A stretch of DNA of 64,000 nucleotides from Chlorokybus atmophyticus (Eukaryota > Plantae > Mesostigma and Chlorokybus algae): the NCBI GenBank assembly GCA_009103225.1, contig RHPI01003156.1, forward strand, positions 19,880 through 83,879. Direction: 5' to 3'. The translations under genes and the position numbers were made by a program. The stretch's first letter is position 1. Every line of letters starts with the position of its first letter. Positions 22,288 through 39,666 of the stretch are shown one piece after another. Under the pieces are notes generated by a model. The model was not told where the DNA came from. It did not search any database and was given only the letters and a program-made list of their open reading frames with translations.

Positions 22288-24118
22288 ATGGCGGCAATGA
22301 AGACCAAGCCCCTGGTCATCGATTCCCTCCTCCCATTCTCCCTCGTTGTGTTGCTGCTGGTGGCTGCTGCCCCGGCACATGCCCACAACACCCCAAAGCC
22401 CTTCATCGTCTTCAACAGTGAGTGTGTTCACAAACGTTGGCACACTCATGCACACAAGCATCAGCTCACGCCTCTTGCATATGCAACAGTTGCGACGTAC
22501 TTCGACCTCTTTGTGGCAACACGTATTCTGAGCTTCTTTCCCGACGCCGACACGCTCCCCTCCCTCCCGCCCACTTCACCCGTGCACTTCGTGTTCACAG
22601 AGGACATCACCTTCCCTACCGGTTTGTGCTTGTCTGTGTATGTGTGAGCGTGTGCACGTGGGTGGGTGGGTGCACACACCCACACACGACTGTGTACGTG
22701 TGCACATGCGTGCCTGTGGGTGTGCAGCTGCGTCGTAGCGCGAACGTGCAGCTGCGTCGTAGCGCACGCCAACTTATGTACGTGTGCGCGCGTCTGCACG
22801 TCTGTGCGTGCAGGTGTGCGTGTGTGCATGTGTGTGTGCAATTGACTGGCATGTATGCAGCATATAAACAGTGGCTTTGTCGTAACCACACATGTGAATC
22901 ACAATTACTGCTGTCCGTCCACTTCACGCAGGCAGTGAGTACCTTCATATCCCCAACGTGGCCCTAAGCCTCTGGAGGTCAGTCACTATGCCACCAAGGA
23001 GGCCTGTGAAATATTGTGTGTTTGTGTGTGTGTGTGTGTGTGTGCACAAAACATGTTGCTCTCGCAGTGGCAAACCCAACGGCGAGCGCGTGTCCCTGAT
23101 TGCTGAGGACAGCACCGTCGCCGGCTTCTTCCGCCAGTCAGGCTTTTTCTACCCGAACTTTGAAGCCCACCGCATCAACTTCGTCGGAGCGGTACACACG
23201 CACACATACACATAGACACACGCGGGCGCACATGCACGCACACAGACGCATCTGCGTGCCCATACACATAGCTTCACGCGTGCTCATACACACGCATGTT
23301 CATGACAATATACACTACATGGAACCACTCAGACGCACATGCACGCGCACGCCGACACATATAATTACACATACATGCACACGCACACGCACACGCATGG
23401 GACAACATGTATGCAACCTGGACTCGCCGTGCACAGGGCGTTGCGGCCATCGAGACGGAATACACCCAAGATCCGCCTCGCCCCCAATCGTTGTACCTGA
23501 AGAACTGCGCGTTCACCAACAACAAAGCCGCCGTGCACTTCAAGTTCGTGCGGGCGACGGCCACCTTCCGCGACTGCGACTTTGTCAACAATGTGCGTGT
23601 GGGTGTGTGCACCCGCATAGTTGGGTCTCTTACAACTGACACTAATGTGTCATACAGGGCAACATTTTTGTTTATGACGATGTGGCCCTGCCGCCAATCT
23701 TCCCGGGTGCCCCCACAACTGAGCCCTCAGCCGTCATCACAACCACATGCTGCACGTTCAGCGGCACGGAGGTGCGTGTGTATGTGTACTTCGGGAGCCT
23801 GCACATCATCAACTGTGTACATGTCATGACATGGCTCACCTACCTCACTGATGATATCTCGAGTCATAAGACATTGTGTGGGTAACTGATGCTTTGGTTG
23901 TTGGGTAGACATTGTACTCGTGGAAAACGACCCGCCCAACAGCCGATGGGACTGTGACGGTGTGTCCGCCGACAAAGTCCATCAAGGTTGGTGTGAGCAC
24001 TGTTTGTTCATCCAGAGTGTTTATGTGTGTACCCACTTGCTGATGGACTCACTCTTTTTTGAATGTTTCTCAGTTTGGAGAGAATGTCACCGGCAAACGA
24101 CACTGCGCATGCAAGTAA
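22288..24118 (+). CDS. Secreted protein with pectin-lyase-like (right-handed beta-helix) signature and Cys-rich C-terminus
   Basis: Signal peptide MAAMKTKPLVIDSLLPFSLVVLLLVAAAPAHA; spliced exons include LYLKNCAFTNNKAAVHFKFVRATATFRDCDFVNN|GNIFVYDD..TTTCCTFSGTE..CPPTKSIK|FGENVTGKRHCACK*. Confidence 0.65.
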
Positions 24119-24972
24119 ATGTGTGAAAACGCGCAGGCGAGTAGTATGGCTCGGGGGGCCTGTGAGGGAAGTCTCATTGGTAGTGAGTGCTGATGTACCG
24201 GCGCATGTGTTATGCATGCATACTGCATGCGCTCACACTCACATCTTCAGCCACTCTGTCTGCATATCTAGCCTAGCTGTAAACTATCTTGCGCAAAGTA
24301 GCTTCATGTGTACCAGCGTGTGCGCGCAGACAACCCAACAATGCAGGTGTAAGCGTTTGCTTGCAACATCATTTGATCCAGCAGGCATTGTAGTCTTACA
24401 ATTGGGACGCAAGGTTGGGGTAAACGAGGAACTGGTTGCATCAGCACAGCGATAAAACGATTATGGGTTTCAATAGACCCTCAACATTTAATTTGTCGCC
24501 AGGTAACAGCAGCAAGGCATCGACATTCATGATTAGTTTATTGAAAAGGTGAATAGGTAACGTTGATACAGCATGAGCATATCTGTGCACACGGCACGCG
24601 AGTTGAGAACAATCAAGGGTTTGCGTGGATGTCAAGCTCCGCTCCCAATGCAGCCTGATTCCCGCTTAAGAGCGCACTCTGCCCTCCTGTCGACCTTCAA
24701 CCCCTGTGGCAGGCAACACAAGAGCACCTCTGAGTACCTCTAAATGCAATGTAGAGGTAAGGTAAGGTTCACACACCATGCAGAGAAACATGCATGCTCG
24801 CCGTGTTGGCATAGTCGCATATCTTAACACTTGCCGAGTCAAGACACATACCTTGCAGGGCTTGAGTCTCATGTAGATTAGTTTCCAGAAACTCACTCAT
24901 CGCATAAATCCACGCTTTGTCAGTAACACCACCAGAACTTCTTGCGTGACAAACAAAGGTTGATTCATCCCA

Positions 24973-27900
24973 TCAGCTCGCACGCGTGAAGAATTGTGGC
25001 GCGAGTTCCGGCAGCCACGCTGGGTCGACTTGCGTGACATTGCGTATGTAATGTCGTGTGGTGAGCACGACTTCATCAAACACGACACATGCGGGAGCTT
25101 TGTCTTTGCTGCTCCTCCCGAACAGCACGCTCGAGGGGTGTATGCGGACGCTCTGTCCCGTGTGGAGGGACCTGTACGTGACGTTGTCGTGGGGCTCTTT
25201 GCGTGCGGCGTTGGCGAATAGACCCGCCACGAGGGCACGCCGGAAGGGCGTGTCGTCCTTCCCGCACGATGAGAGCTTTATGTTGGACCGAGCGCACGCG
25301 CTCGTGAGTTGACTGTAAACTGCCTCTGCTCTCCTCAGTGCACGCACGCTGAGACTGTTTGCTTTGCACCACTCCACGTCACGCCCCGCATCCCTGTACC
25401 TGCATCATGATAGTTGCTTGTAATGCGTTGGTACGTGTGTGGCACACGAATGCACACGCACACACGCCTGGACACATGACATCGCGCGCGTGCACACGGG
25501 CGTGACCACACACACCCACGAACACAACCACACACGCACATACACGCACACAATCTGAACACACAGCCCTTATGCTGCTCTTACCCTTTGAGTGCACACA
25601 CAAGCGCCCATAAGTCGCCGCCGGTGTCACCAGCCAGCCTGCGTTTGGCTGTGGCAGCCTTGTTGTTCATGCTTGAACTGTCGTCATCACTGTCATGGTC
25701 TCCTCGGTCAGTCTCCCGCTTGCTGTCGTTGACAAAGGCGCTGTCACCGACACTCAGCAGCGAAACAGCCGCAATAACCTCCTCCGTACAACCCATATCC
25801 CCTGACAAACATGATTCAGTATGGGAGTGTTGCACACACGCATACACACGCGTGCGCACATGCACGCACACACACACACACGCGCACACACAAGCCAACC
25901 ACGTCCACACCTGCTGCAAGGATGGCCTTTGCCCACTTGGGTTCCACCGGCATTCCCGCCATCTCTCTCCCCGCTTGACTCAGTCCACCCGTCGTTGCAT
26001 CGATTGCTCCAAGTGCTGCGAGTAGTTCAAGTGCTCTCAGTAGTGCGGGTCTCGGTGGCGGCGCCGGCAGCGGGAAGGCGAGCGGGTCCGCGATCCCCAA
26101 CGCCTTGAGTTGAAGAACCACGCCGGCGAGGTGGCAACGGAGGATCTCGGGGGCGGAGGTGGCGGCGAGAGCGGAGAAAGAGGACTCGGTGTACAGGCGG
26201 AAACAGCGCCCGGGACCGTCACGACCGGCTCGGCCGGCCCTCTGCCTCGCTTGCGCCTGTGATTTGGAATCAGCATTATGCGCAAACCTTACCTGTTCAT
26301 GTTGTGGGAGGGTGCGTGCACACGCACACGCAGTCACACTAAACACACATGCACGCACTGACGCGCGCGCGCAGGCAGGCACCCACGCACGTGTGAGTGT
26401 GTGTGTGTGCGGGCAAGCACGTGCACGCAGTCACACATGCACACGCGTACACACATTCTACCATATGCAAGTGCGCGCTTGTGCGTGTCTTTGTGTGCCT
26501 TTGCAAATACCTTTGACACGGCCACCACTGCAAGGGACTCAACCCCCGTCTTGGGATGATACGCGCGCGCCTGAGTTGTTGATCAGTATAGAGACATACA
26601 TGTTAACACCTGACCCCTCAAAATTCCCTCCCCTCACCTTGACAAGGCCTGTGTCAATCACATAGCGCACGCCCGGGATGGTGACGGACGTCTCGGCAAT
26701 GTTGGTTGCCAGCACTGCCTTGCGCGTCCCTGCCGGCGCAGGGGCGAACACAGCCAGCTGGCGCTCCGGTGACATGGCCGCATATATCGGTGTCACCTGC
26801 CCCACATACAAGCAGACATCCATTCTAACATCATGAACGAAATCACGCTAACTCACACGTGTACGCTTATGCGCATGTGTACATGTGTACGTGTGTGCGT
26901 GCATGTACGCTTGTGTACGTGTAGTCTGTATGTGTGCACAATAAATACAAACATCATGTAGATGTGATTGTGTGCACGCATGTGCATGTAAGGCACGCCG
27001 ACCCAACCTGCAGTCGGAGTGCGGTGTCCGGCATGAGTGCCGCGCGTCGTGCGAGTAGGCGAGCGAGGGCGTCGATCTCCTCCTGCCCGGTGAGGAACGC
27101 CAGGATGTCCCCCGGTTCCTTCCCGGCGTCCAGGTGCGCCTGCAGCACCGCCACCAGCGTCGCGTCGAGGTAGTCAGGCTCAGGAGACGACGTGTACAAC
27201 ACCTGCCCACGCAAACATGTTGTGTATGTCACGTAATGGGTTTATCGCATGCAGTTGCAAGCACTGTGATTGGCTGAAGAGTGGAAAACAGCCAGCAAGA
27301 AAAGTATGCTAAGTAATCCAAGTATATCGCATGCAAGTGCGTGCTACAAAACCAAGCACATGCAGTCAGAGTTCGCATTGAGCAAAGTGACGGCAATGCA
27401 GCACTCAGTTGTGAGGCACCAAGACCTGTAGTGTTACGTTTGCCTGTGCTGATTTGGTAGCCCAGCAACAAAGTGCTGTGTGATTGCATGCTAATGCTCC
27501 ACATCACAATAACTTCTGCAAGAGCGTGCGTATGCGTGCATGTGCATACCTCGACGGGGTACTGGCGGCCTTGGACATACGCCAGCGCCGCCCCCGGTAG
27601 ATACTTCTGAAACGCGTCCGCATCCAGCGTTGCCGACATGACCACGATCCTCAACCTATTCTTGTCCCTTCTCCTCCTCCTCTCCTGCGCCTGCTTCAGC
27701 ACGCCGAGCAGCACGTCCGTTGCCACGCTGCGCTCATGGGCCTCGTCCACAATCACCACGCCGTAGCGACTAAGCAAACCGTCGTCGAGAAGAGCCTCGC
27801 GGAGGAGGGTACCGTCCGTCGCGTACTTGATGCGGGTTGAGCGAGTGGTCGCGTCCTCGAAACGAACGGCATAACCCACCTGATGCGTGGTTGTGTGAAC

Positions 27901-29428
27901 AGCATGCGTGTGATGTGTACAGGCGCGGGCGCATGGCTATAATTCACACATGCAGAGAACATTCACACGTACAACATGAACACAAAGCTACCAGCCACTG
28001 TGCATGCATATAAACAACCATGTGCGCATGGACTCATGCATTTTTTGAGTAAAAAGCATAACCTGTGCAAACTCATCACCCCAAGCAATGATGTTTTTTA
28101 TACACCACCAACATGTCACACATGCACCAAGCGAGAGACACACAACCAACATTGCAACCCTCTCACCTCTCCTCCAACGTGACAGCCGCGTTCCGAGGCC
28201 ACGCGCCGCGCGACAGTCACAGCAGCCACGCGACGCGGCTGCGACACCGCGATGAGGAGCGACTCACCGTGTTGTGGTTGCTGTTGCTGTTTGGACCCTG
28301 TGTTGTGGTTATTGTTGTTGTTGTTGCTGATCGTGGTGGTGAGGAGTTCCGGGGCGTCATCCAAGAGGTACTGCGGGAGCTCTGCAGTGGGGAGAGTGAT
28401 GAGAAGTGGTTATGAGTGGAGTGAGGTAACAGTATATGGCTGAACAGTACTATGCTTACGTGTTGTCTTGCCGCTGCCAGTTTCGCCAATGAGTATGACG
28501 GTCTCATTCTGCCTTATCAACCCTATCAGCTTCTCCCGCGCTGCACACAGTGCACGCATCTCAAGGGTGCTCAACATGTGCACACAACATGCGGATGCGC
28601 GCATGTGTGCATGGAGACATGTATGTGTGCATGCCTCTGGTATGTGTACGAAGGCACGTACACATGTGCACACACAAAGACACATGCGCGGACGCGTGCA
28701 CGCACATACGCCACAACAACACCTGTCATTCATGCACGTGTAGTGTGAGCATCGATAAATGCACCTGATGCTATGGGAAGCGAGGCCCGTTCCTTGGCCA
28801 GCTTCTGCGCGGCAGACCTCAGCTGCTGCGTTCTGTCTTGTGTGGCGTGGCCGCTGCTGCTGTTGTGGTTGTGAATGCCATTGCTGTTGAATGCTCGCTT
28901 TTTGGGGTTGGCACTGCCAACGCCTCCATTCGCAAACCTGCAAGAACGCACAACGCATGTCACGCAAACCAGTGCAAATGGCATGCGAAACATCCAGAGA
29001 ATGTGCGCGTGCGTGTTGTTTGCGAGAAACACATGCGCATGCGTGTACATGCACACCCACATGCAGACATACATATTGTGAGAAACACATGTAAAATTGC
29101 AGGCGTGGACGAAGCTGTTCAATAAAAGTGCACTCAACAACTTGTTTGTGAGAACAAGCAGAAACCGTATGGTTTGCAGCATTGTTTGCAAATACCACAA
29201 CCCGCCGAAGTAATTGGACGAAGTAGGTTTCGCAAATGGGACATCCAGCAAGGCTAGCGTTCCAGCGACAAAAACAACTTACACAGCCGACAACTAAATG
29301 CAGTGCTTCACAGCATCATCGCATGTGTACGTTCGTCAAACATAAGTCGCTCGTTTGGCCAAGCGAGCACACGCACAGCTTGTCAAGTCAACAGTCGCAA
29401 CAGCTCACCCGCCGCCCCTGCCGGCCAT
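24973..29428 (-). CDS. DHX33: DEAH-box RNA helicase, DHX33/plant DEAH10-like (start codon uncertain)
   Basis: [90 protein letters not shown]2 and OB-fold (HPSSVLF) exons; the subfamily assignment is inference. Confidence 0.9.
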
Positions 29429-30271
29429 GAGTCCACACCGCAGCGTCAGCCTCCTTCACCTTCACATGCCTCTCCTACTCCACCTCCTACTCCTACTCCT
29501 ACTCCAGTTTCTCCACCTCCGCCTCGGCCTCCACCTCCGCCGCCGCCTTGCATGCTTCGGTGGTGAAATGTTGCCTGGTGGTCAGTGCTGAAGAAGGAGG
29601 TGGAGGCGGAGGCGGAGGCGGTGGGAGATGTTGCTTCAGCTGGTGATTGGTTGGTTTATTTGATCGCAGCGTTGCTCGCTTATGGCAGTAAGCATGAACA
29701 ATGAACCCAAGCAAGCATGAGAGCTGCGTGAAGCACAGCTGTCTCTGGCTGCTGGACCAGCAGCAAGCGTTGCATTGAGAACAGCAGCAGCAAAACAACT
29801 GCAAGTGCCAGAACAGCTGCTGCTGGGGTATGCTGTTCGTGCTTATGCGCTGCGTTTCAATGGCAATGCTCACACTGTTTGCAATTATCAACGCACGCTT
29901 GCTATATGATAAGTCGACATGCGGCTGAGCAAACGTCACTTTCAGTGTTCATGCACACTATGATCAACAGCATTCCGCTGCTTGTCATACACTGCAACAA
30001 ACTTGGCACAAGTGCAATGTGGACTGTAAATGACACAATGCAAGCTTCCAAGGGAGGTCCACTGTCGTTGTAAATATGCAAATGATTGACATGCTGTGTC
30101 TATTGACCGCAGATTGAAGTGACTCTGACTTAGCATTGCTGTGGTGGAAGACTTAGCTACAACATACACGCACACACACGTGCACAAGCACACACTCCCC
30201 ACCCCCCACCAACAGCAACACCAACAATACCCACAGCAACACCAACAGCAACATCAGTAAGATTAACAACA

Positions 30272-33200
30272 ATGAAGCTTACAATTGAAGTGGAGTTGGC
30301 TGCGGACGAGTTGCCAGCCGCGACTGAGCTCATAACACAGTTGAGGTAAGGCTGTACAAGTCGGCTTGGTCTGACCTCAGTTATTATGTCATATATTTCG
30401 TCACTTGTGTGTTTTGCAATGGCAAAGCAACAATCACAAAACCTCAACCAGGTACCTAACGGAGCGCATGCGAATACGCAACCGCGAGGCGCTCTTCCTC
30501 TCGCTGGTGAAGCGCCTCGAGGACGCGCGCCAGCTCAACGCCATCGTAGAGAGCATAAGCACCCTCACCGCCGATGACATCGAAGGGGTATGCATGACAA
30601 TGATGACAATGGCTGAGTTGCCCAAAGTCGAGTTACCAATCTTTGTTGATGTTTGCAGACTTTGGGTTGCTATTCTCTAACACGTGTGTACATGTGCACT
30701 GCCTCCATTGCGTTCAAATAACATGCAAAGCATCTATCCACACGCATGCACGTAAATCTGCAATTGCGAGCACACACATATGCGCACGGGCACGGGCACG
30801 GGCACGGGCACGCATGCACGCACAGACATCATGAACACATACTCACGCACACACTTGCGCATGCACTTATGGATGTAGCTGTTTGTTTATATCATCAGAT
30901 GAGCCTGATGGTATGCGCACATCGGTTGCACTCACAACTTTACGCTTTATCAAACAGACGTGTACAATGCCACACTTGCAGGGGGCAAAGGAGTTGGCAG
31001 ATGCGTTGGCACTTGTGGCGTTCGACGCTGAGCTCATTGCCAGGGGAGGCTCGACTGTGCCTTACATGAACCTCCTCCCGCGGTAACTGTTGCATTGTTG
31101 CATAGCACAAGTACTGATACAATGCCACAACATCTCTGTAACATTGCGTGCATGTGTGCAGGCTGCCGGAGTTGCTAAGGAACAGAGTGAGGGACATGTT
31201 GATCCCAAAGGTGACACACACGCACGCACGCACGCACGCACGCTGTGTGACCATTCAGTATCATACACACAGTCGCAAACATTATATCCGCCATTGTGTT
31301 GGCAACGCCGGTGATAACCTTCCTGACCATCAAGCGGAGTAAAGATGCCAATAGGGCAGAGTTTTACGCGCAGGCAGAGGCATTCGCCGCACTCGTGAGC
31401 CTTGACGTGGTGCCAATATCTGGTGGGGGTGTTTGTTGTTGTTGTTGTTGATGAATGCACAAATATGTACAATGCCTGATGAATGCAACATACTGCTCTC
31501 AGGTGCGGTCAGCACGCTCACGGTTCTGTTAAAAAAGCCCGAGACCCAATGCGCGGCGGTCACGATGCTGGGGAAAACCATCGAGATGTGCTTCCCGCTG
31601 CTTGAACAGTGCGATGAACAGGTGAGTGTGTCTCAGTATGCCTATTTGATGATAGCATGTGCAGTGTTGTAGATGACAATGTGTGGATACAGGAACAATA
31701 GTCAGAATAAGTTGGTCCTTTCATAGCAATGCTTGCGCGCTCGCCCGCGTGTGCATTTGGGTGAGCGCGTGCTTTGCTTGTGCATATGTCACTGTGTCTG
31801 TGGCGTGGATACCACCAGACAGTTGTTGCTTGCGTGCAAATGTTGCTTGACAGTCGCTCATCAGCCTGTATGTTGGGTTGCCGTGCGCACATGCAGGGGT
31901 TGGCTGGGCTGCGCGCAGCATTGCGTGCGCTCGACAATGACGTGTTCAAGTATGACATTGACTACATCGAGGACAATATGGGCTGGCGTGCGCCGTCCCA
32001 ACCGCTGCCAACACCCTCATCAAGCTCATTAACCACATCACCACCGCAAACAGCAGCCACCAGTTCTGCGACCCAACATGGCCCCTTCACCCTGCAACAC
32101 GCGGCCTCGTACTCGGGCCACATCGACACGATCTTTACGCTTGCTTGGGACGAAGCACGCGGTCAGGTGCACACAATACCAATGTTCCTTTGCTGCATCG
32201 CATCATACACCTATGTTACTACGGAGTGGATAGATGTCTTTAAGCTGCAACTTGTGTGTGTGCAACGTGATCCGTATGTACATTTGTGTAGCTTTACTTG
32301 AATACTCAGTCTGCGCCAACCGTGCTTGTGTATGGCAACCTGCATGACGCATATCAGTGTCATTTCATTGTCAAGCGCGTAGCCTGTATTCATGACATGA
32401 AGAACTTGCCTCCTTGCAGGTAATAAGTGGGTCGCGTGATGGCACGCTCACAACCTGGTCACCCGATGGCACCGCATTGGAGGTGACAGAGCTGCCTTCC
32501 AATCAGTACGCCTGCGCCATGGACATCGCGCCCATGCACGACTCTCTCCTCGTCTGCGCCGTGCGCAAGGTGTGTTGTTGTGTTGTGGCTGACAGATAGT
32601 GTGTTGGTGGCGTTGTTAAGCACACAGTGTTATTGTACAGGATGATCCGTTAGCGATGCCTCCGTCCATATTGAGGTACGTTGCCGTTGGGAGAGGCTCA
32701 TTCGCCGAGGCGGGAGCTATGCTGTGCGACAACGTGCGCCTCATTCCGTGCATCAAGGTGGGTGCGTGTGTGTTAGAATGTGGCAAGATTGACTGTTGTG
32801 CGTGTGCGTGTCCCTTGTATGCACAGTATGTATGCTCACACACGATTAGGTCTTGGGTGATGGAGCAGAGCACTTGTTCGTGACGGGCGAAGTAGTAGCC
32901 ACTGCTTCTTCAGATTCATCAACCAAATCGACAGAAGACCGTCTTTGCATGTATGACATCGGCCACGGGATGCCCTTCAGCACGCTCACGCCCTTACGCA
33001 CATACACCGAACACAAGGTGAGCGGGCACGTACACCAACTACATCTACTGAAATATTACTGTGACCTGTCATACATACCAACAGGGATTGATCATGTGCG
33101 TGGCTGCCAACCCCGCCAATCCCAACATGTTCCTGTCTGGCTCACGTGACTGCACCGTGCGCGTGTGGGACAAGCGAGTGGAGCACTGTGTTGGTGAGGA

Positions 33201-34148
33201 GTGTTGCATTTGTGACATTCTTGTGTGTTTTTCAGAAATTCCTTGCTGAGTGTTTGGCGCATGGCAGGCGTGTTGGGCAAATGTGGGGGCACGGTCACAA
33301 GCATTGACGCGTCATTGGCTGCACGCGAGCTTACGGTCCTCACCACCGCGTTGGATAAGAAGGTGGCACGCTGGGACCTTCGCGCCCTAGCCTCTAAGGT
33401 GACGTTACAACTTCAGTGTTTTACCAACCACATACACACGTATACACCCATGCACGCATGCACGCACACATACACACCATTGCGCGCAAACATCCACCCA
33501 CCCTACTTCACCCCTCCGCGCACCACATACACTATACTTGCATGTAAGGGTGCATGTTCAACATGTAAGCATTCTATCCTTCTGCGAGAGTTGCACAGCA
33601 TGGGTTTCAACATTCTCTGGTCTATTTCCTGTGTCACAACAGAGTGGGTCTGTGCCCATTGCGAGCGTGGCGTGCGACGACACGCCTGCACTGAGAGTGG
33701 CCGCGCTGGCGGGCGCATGCGACACCGCAGCTGTTGTCAGCACACTCAAGGGCCTACACCTGGTAGACTTCAGGTACGTTGTTGTCGTTGTGGTTGTTGC
33801 TGTTGTGATGAGCAGGGTTGTTGTTGTTACCATTGATGGTAACGATGGTGATGATGATGATGATGTTGATGATAATGATCATCATGTTGGTTATCATGTG
33901 ATTTTGCCCGCTGGCTGCTGTTGTGGTTGTCGATGTCGTTGTGGTTGCCAACAGCTATTGACACATATGTTCACTTACTCCTATGTGTGTGCCTCAGCAG
34001 CGGATCCTCTCACCCTACGTGTCACACGCTGTCAGACCGGGACAGCAAGCGCGTGCACGACGTCAAGTGGGCTTCCTCACGCGGGTGCCTATATGCCGCG
34101 GGGGAGGACAAGCGCGTGGACGTTTACGCTATGGCCTCCTTGTCATGA
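30272..34148 (+). CDS. WD40-repeat protein with helical N-terminal domain
   Basis: Exons MKLTIEVELAADELPAATELITQLR|YLTERMRIRNREALFLSL..; GHIDTIFTLAWD, VISGSRDGTLTTW, FLSGSRDCTVRVWD, TALDKKVARWDLR, VHDVKW..AAGEDKRVDVY; TGA at 34146-34148. Confidence 0.8.
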
Positions 34149-35693
34149 TTGGTGTGACTATGTTGGTATACTAATAAGCACCAGCATGACGTAATGTATC
34201 GGCGCACACGATGGTTGAGACGAGAGGAACGTGTCCGGTGCAATGCAACATGGACAGCAGCCACCCGTACGATATACGCTAGCTGATGTGTGGGATTGCG
34301 CGACCCAGTGTGATCCATATTGTGCATTAGCAATAATTTGCGTACTACTGTGCAATGTCACGAGAGAGTTTGATGAAGAGAACTACACGGCAATGGTGCA
34401 ATCTGCTCTGCAACAATGTCAAGCAATACAGAACTGATGGAAGAACAAAGCCGCTGCATGCCTTGGCATGTGCACTTGTCATGGTTGTTCCACTGTGATG
34501 TGTTGCGTGGTCAGTGCTGTTGAAGTTGCTCATTATATGATCCCACCCAACAGAGCGGAAACAATGCCCTTACTACTCCTGTGTTGCTAACCACATCTAA
34601 TCAAGTGCTACTCGGCGGTTGCATTGGATTACCAGACGACCGCAACAAAAGGGTAGAATAACACACAACGACTAATACATTATCAATCCCAATCTGCAAC
34701 TCATACCACTAGTAGCAATCACAAGAACTGTCGTAGCTACAAAGCAACATGCGAGTACACACACACACACACACACTCACACACACACACACACGATGAT
34801 ACCGCATCATTCCAATATCAAGCTTGTATACACTACAATTGTTGTGTACATCAGTATTGATTGAACGTACTGAGCTTATCCTTCGAGTGTACATCGTCAC
34901 TTACTGACTTGCGCTGCCGATTGCAATGCGCTAGTACCATATAACATTTAGAAACGTGACATATGCTACATGTAAGCAGTAAAGGGGCGGCGGCTGATTG
35001 CTACAACAAAGGCGGCGCATTTGATGTGGGGATGATTGCTTGTGGTGGGAATGCATGTAACAACACACATGTACAAACTTAGGCGCGAAGAAGGTATTGA
35101 TGGGGGCGCATATCTAACTGGCGAAACAGCCTGTCTGGGTAAGTGTAAGCACGTGAATGCCTTGAGAGTGTTGTTCAATCAACTTCTTGTGCAGAATACG
35201 GCACATATGTCTTTGTGCTTGTTGAGCAAATGATATGAAAGTGATATCTTTCTCTTCCTCAGAAGCAGCCATGCTTTGTTGAAGTTCAGTGAAACAGGTT
35301 TATCTATTGGGAACCACATGACGTGCATTTTGTTGTAGTCGTCTGACAATGCCTCAACACTCTGTGCAATGCATTGCAGGCGCAATGCAACATCTGGACA
35401 ATATGTTTACATGATACAGTATCAACGTTATGTATCAGCTGCGCTTCTCGTATGTGTGATGGCACATGTGCATATGCGCATGTCCATGCATCTGCAGCAA
35501 CACAGCTGGGTTGTTTACATGCCTCGTATTGCGCCCAAACCCCAACTCACACACCTCCTCTACAACAGTGGTGATACTATTTAAATTGATACTCAGTACT
35601 GATGACTCTTACACGTCTCACCTAATTGCTGATTGCTGTTTGTTGTTTCATGCAGATAGAGTGGATTTATTATAATACTCTGTTGCATGGAGG

Positions 35694-39266
<3,573 letters not shown>

Positions 39267-39666
39267 ACTTGGACATCTATCTAAGCCCAGTTTGCAACGG
39301 CAGCTGTTGGACATAGATATCATTACACATGAACATTTTTAGACAATGAGGAGTGCGTTGTACATAGTCAGCTGAACAAGTTGCCACAACTGAGCCAGAT
39401 GTTGCTTGCAACCACAAGCCAAGTGTAAGCTCTCCACTCCATGCAGCATCGCTCGCGTTTCATTCAAAGTCCCTGGACTGTTTATATCAAACCATGTTCA
39501 ATCAAGTACAGCGTATCTCACTTCAACACTTATGTAGCCTGTACATACACACCTTATCATCCCCAACACACAACTCGCAAACCCAACACGCTCCACCTAC
39601 TCACTGTAACTGCTTCAACTATACTTTCGATCAACACTAAATTCTGAATGGATACGCCATACAATG

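Noticed and set aside
34960-35420. Short ORFs on both strands between the WD40 and PrimPol genes
   Set aside because: No recognisable motif or consistent splice chain; possibly TE debris.
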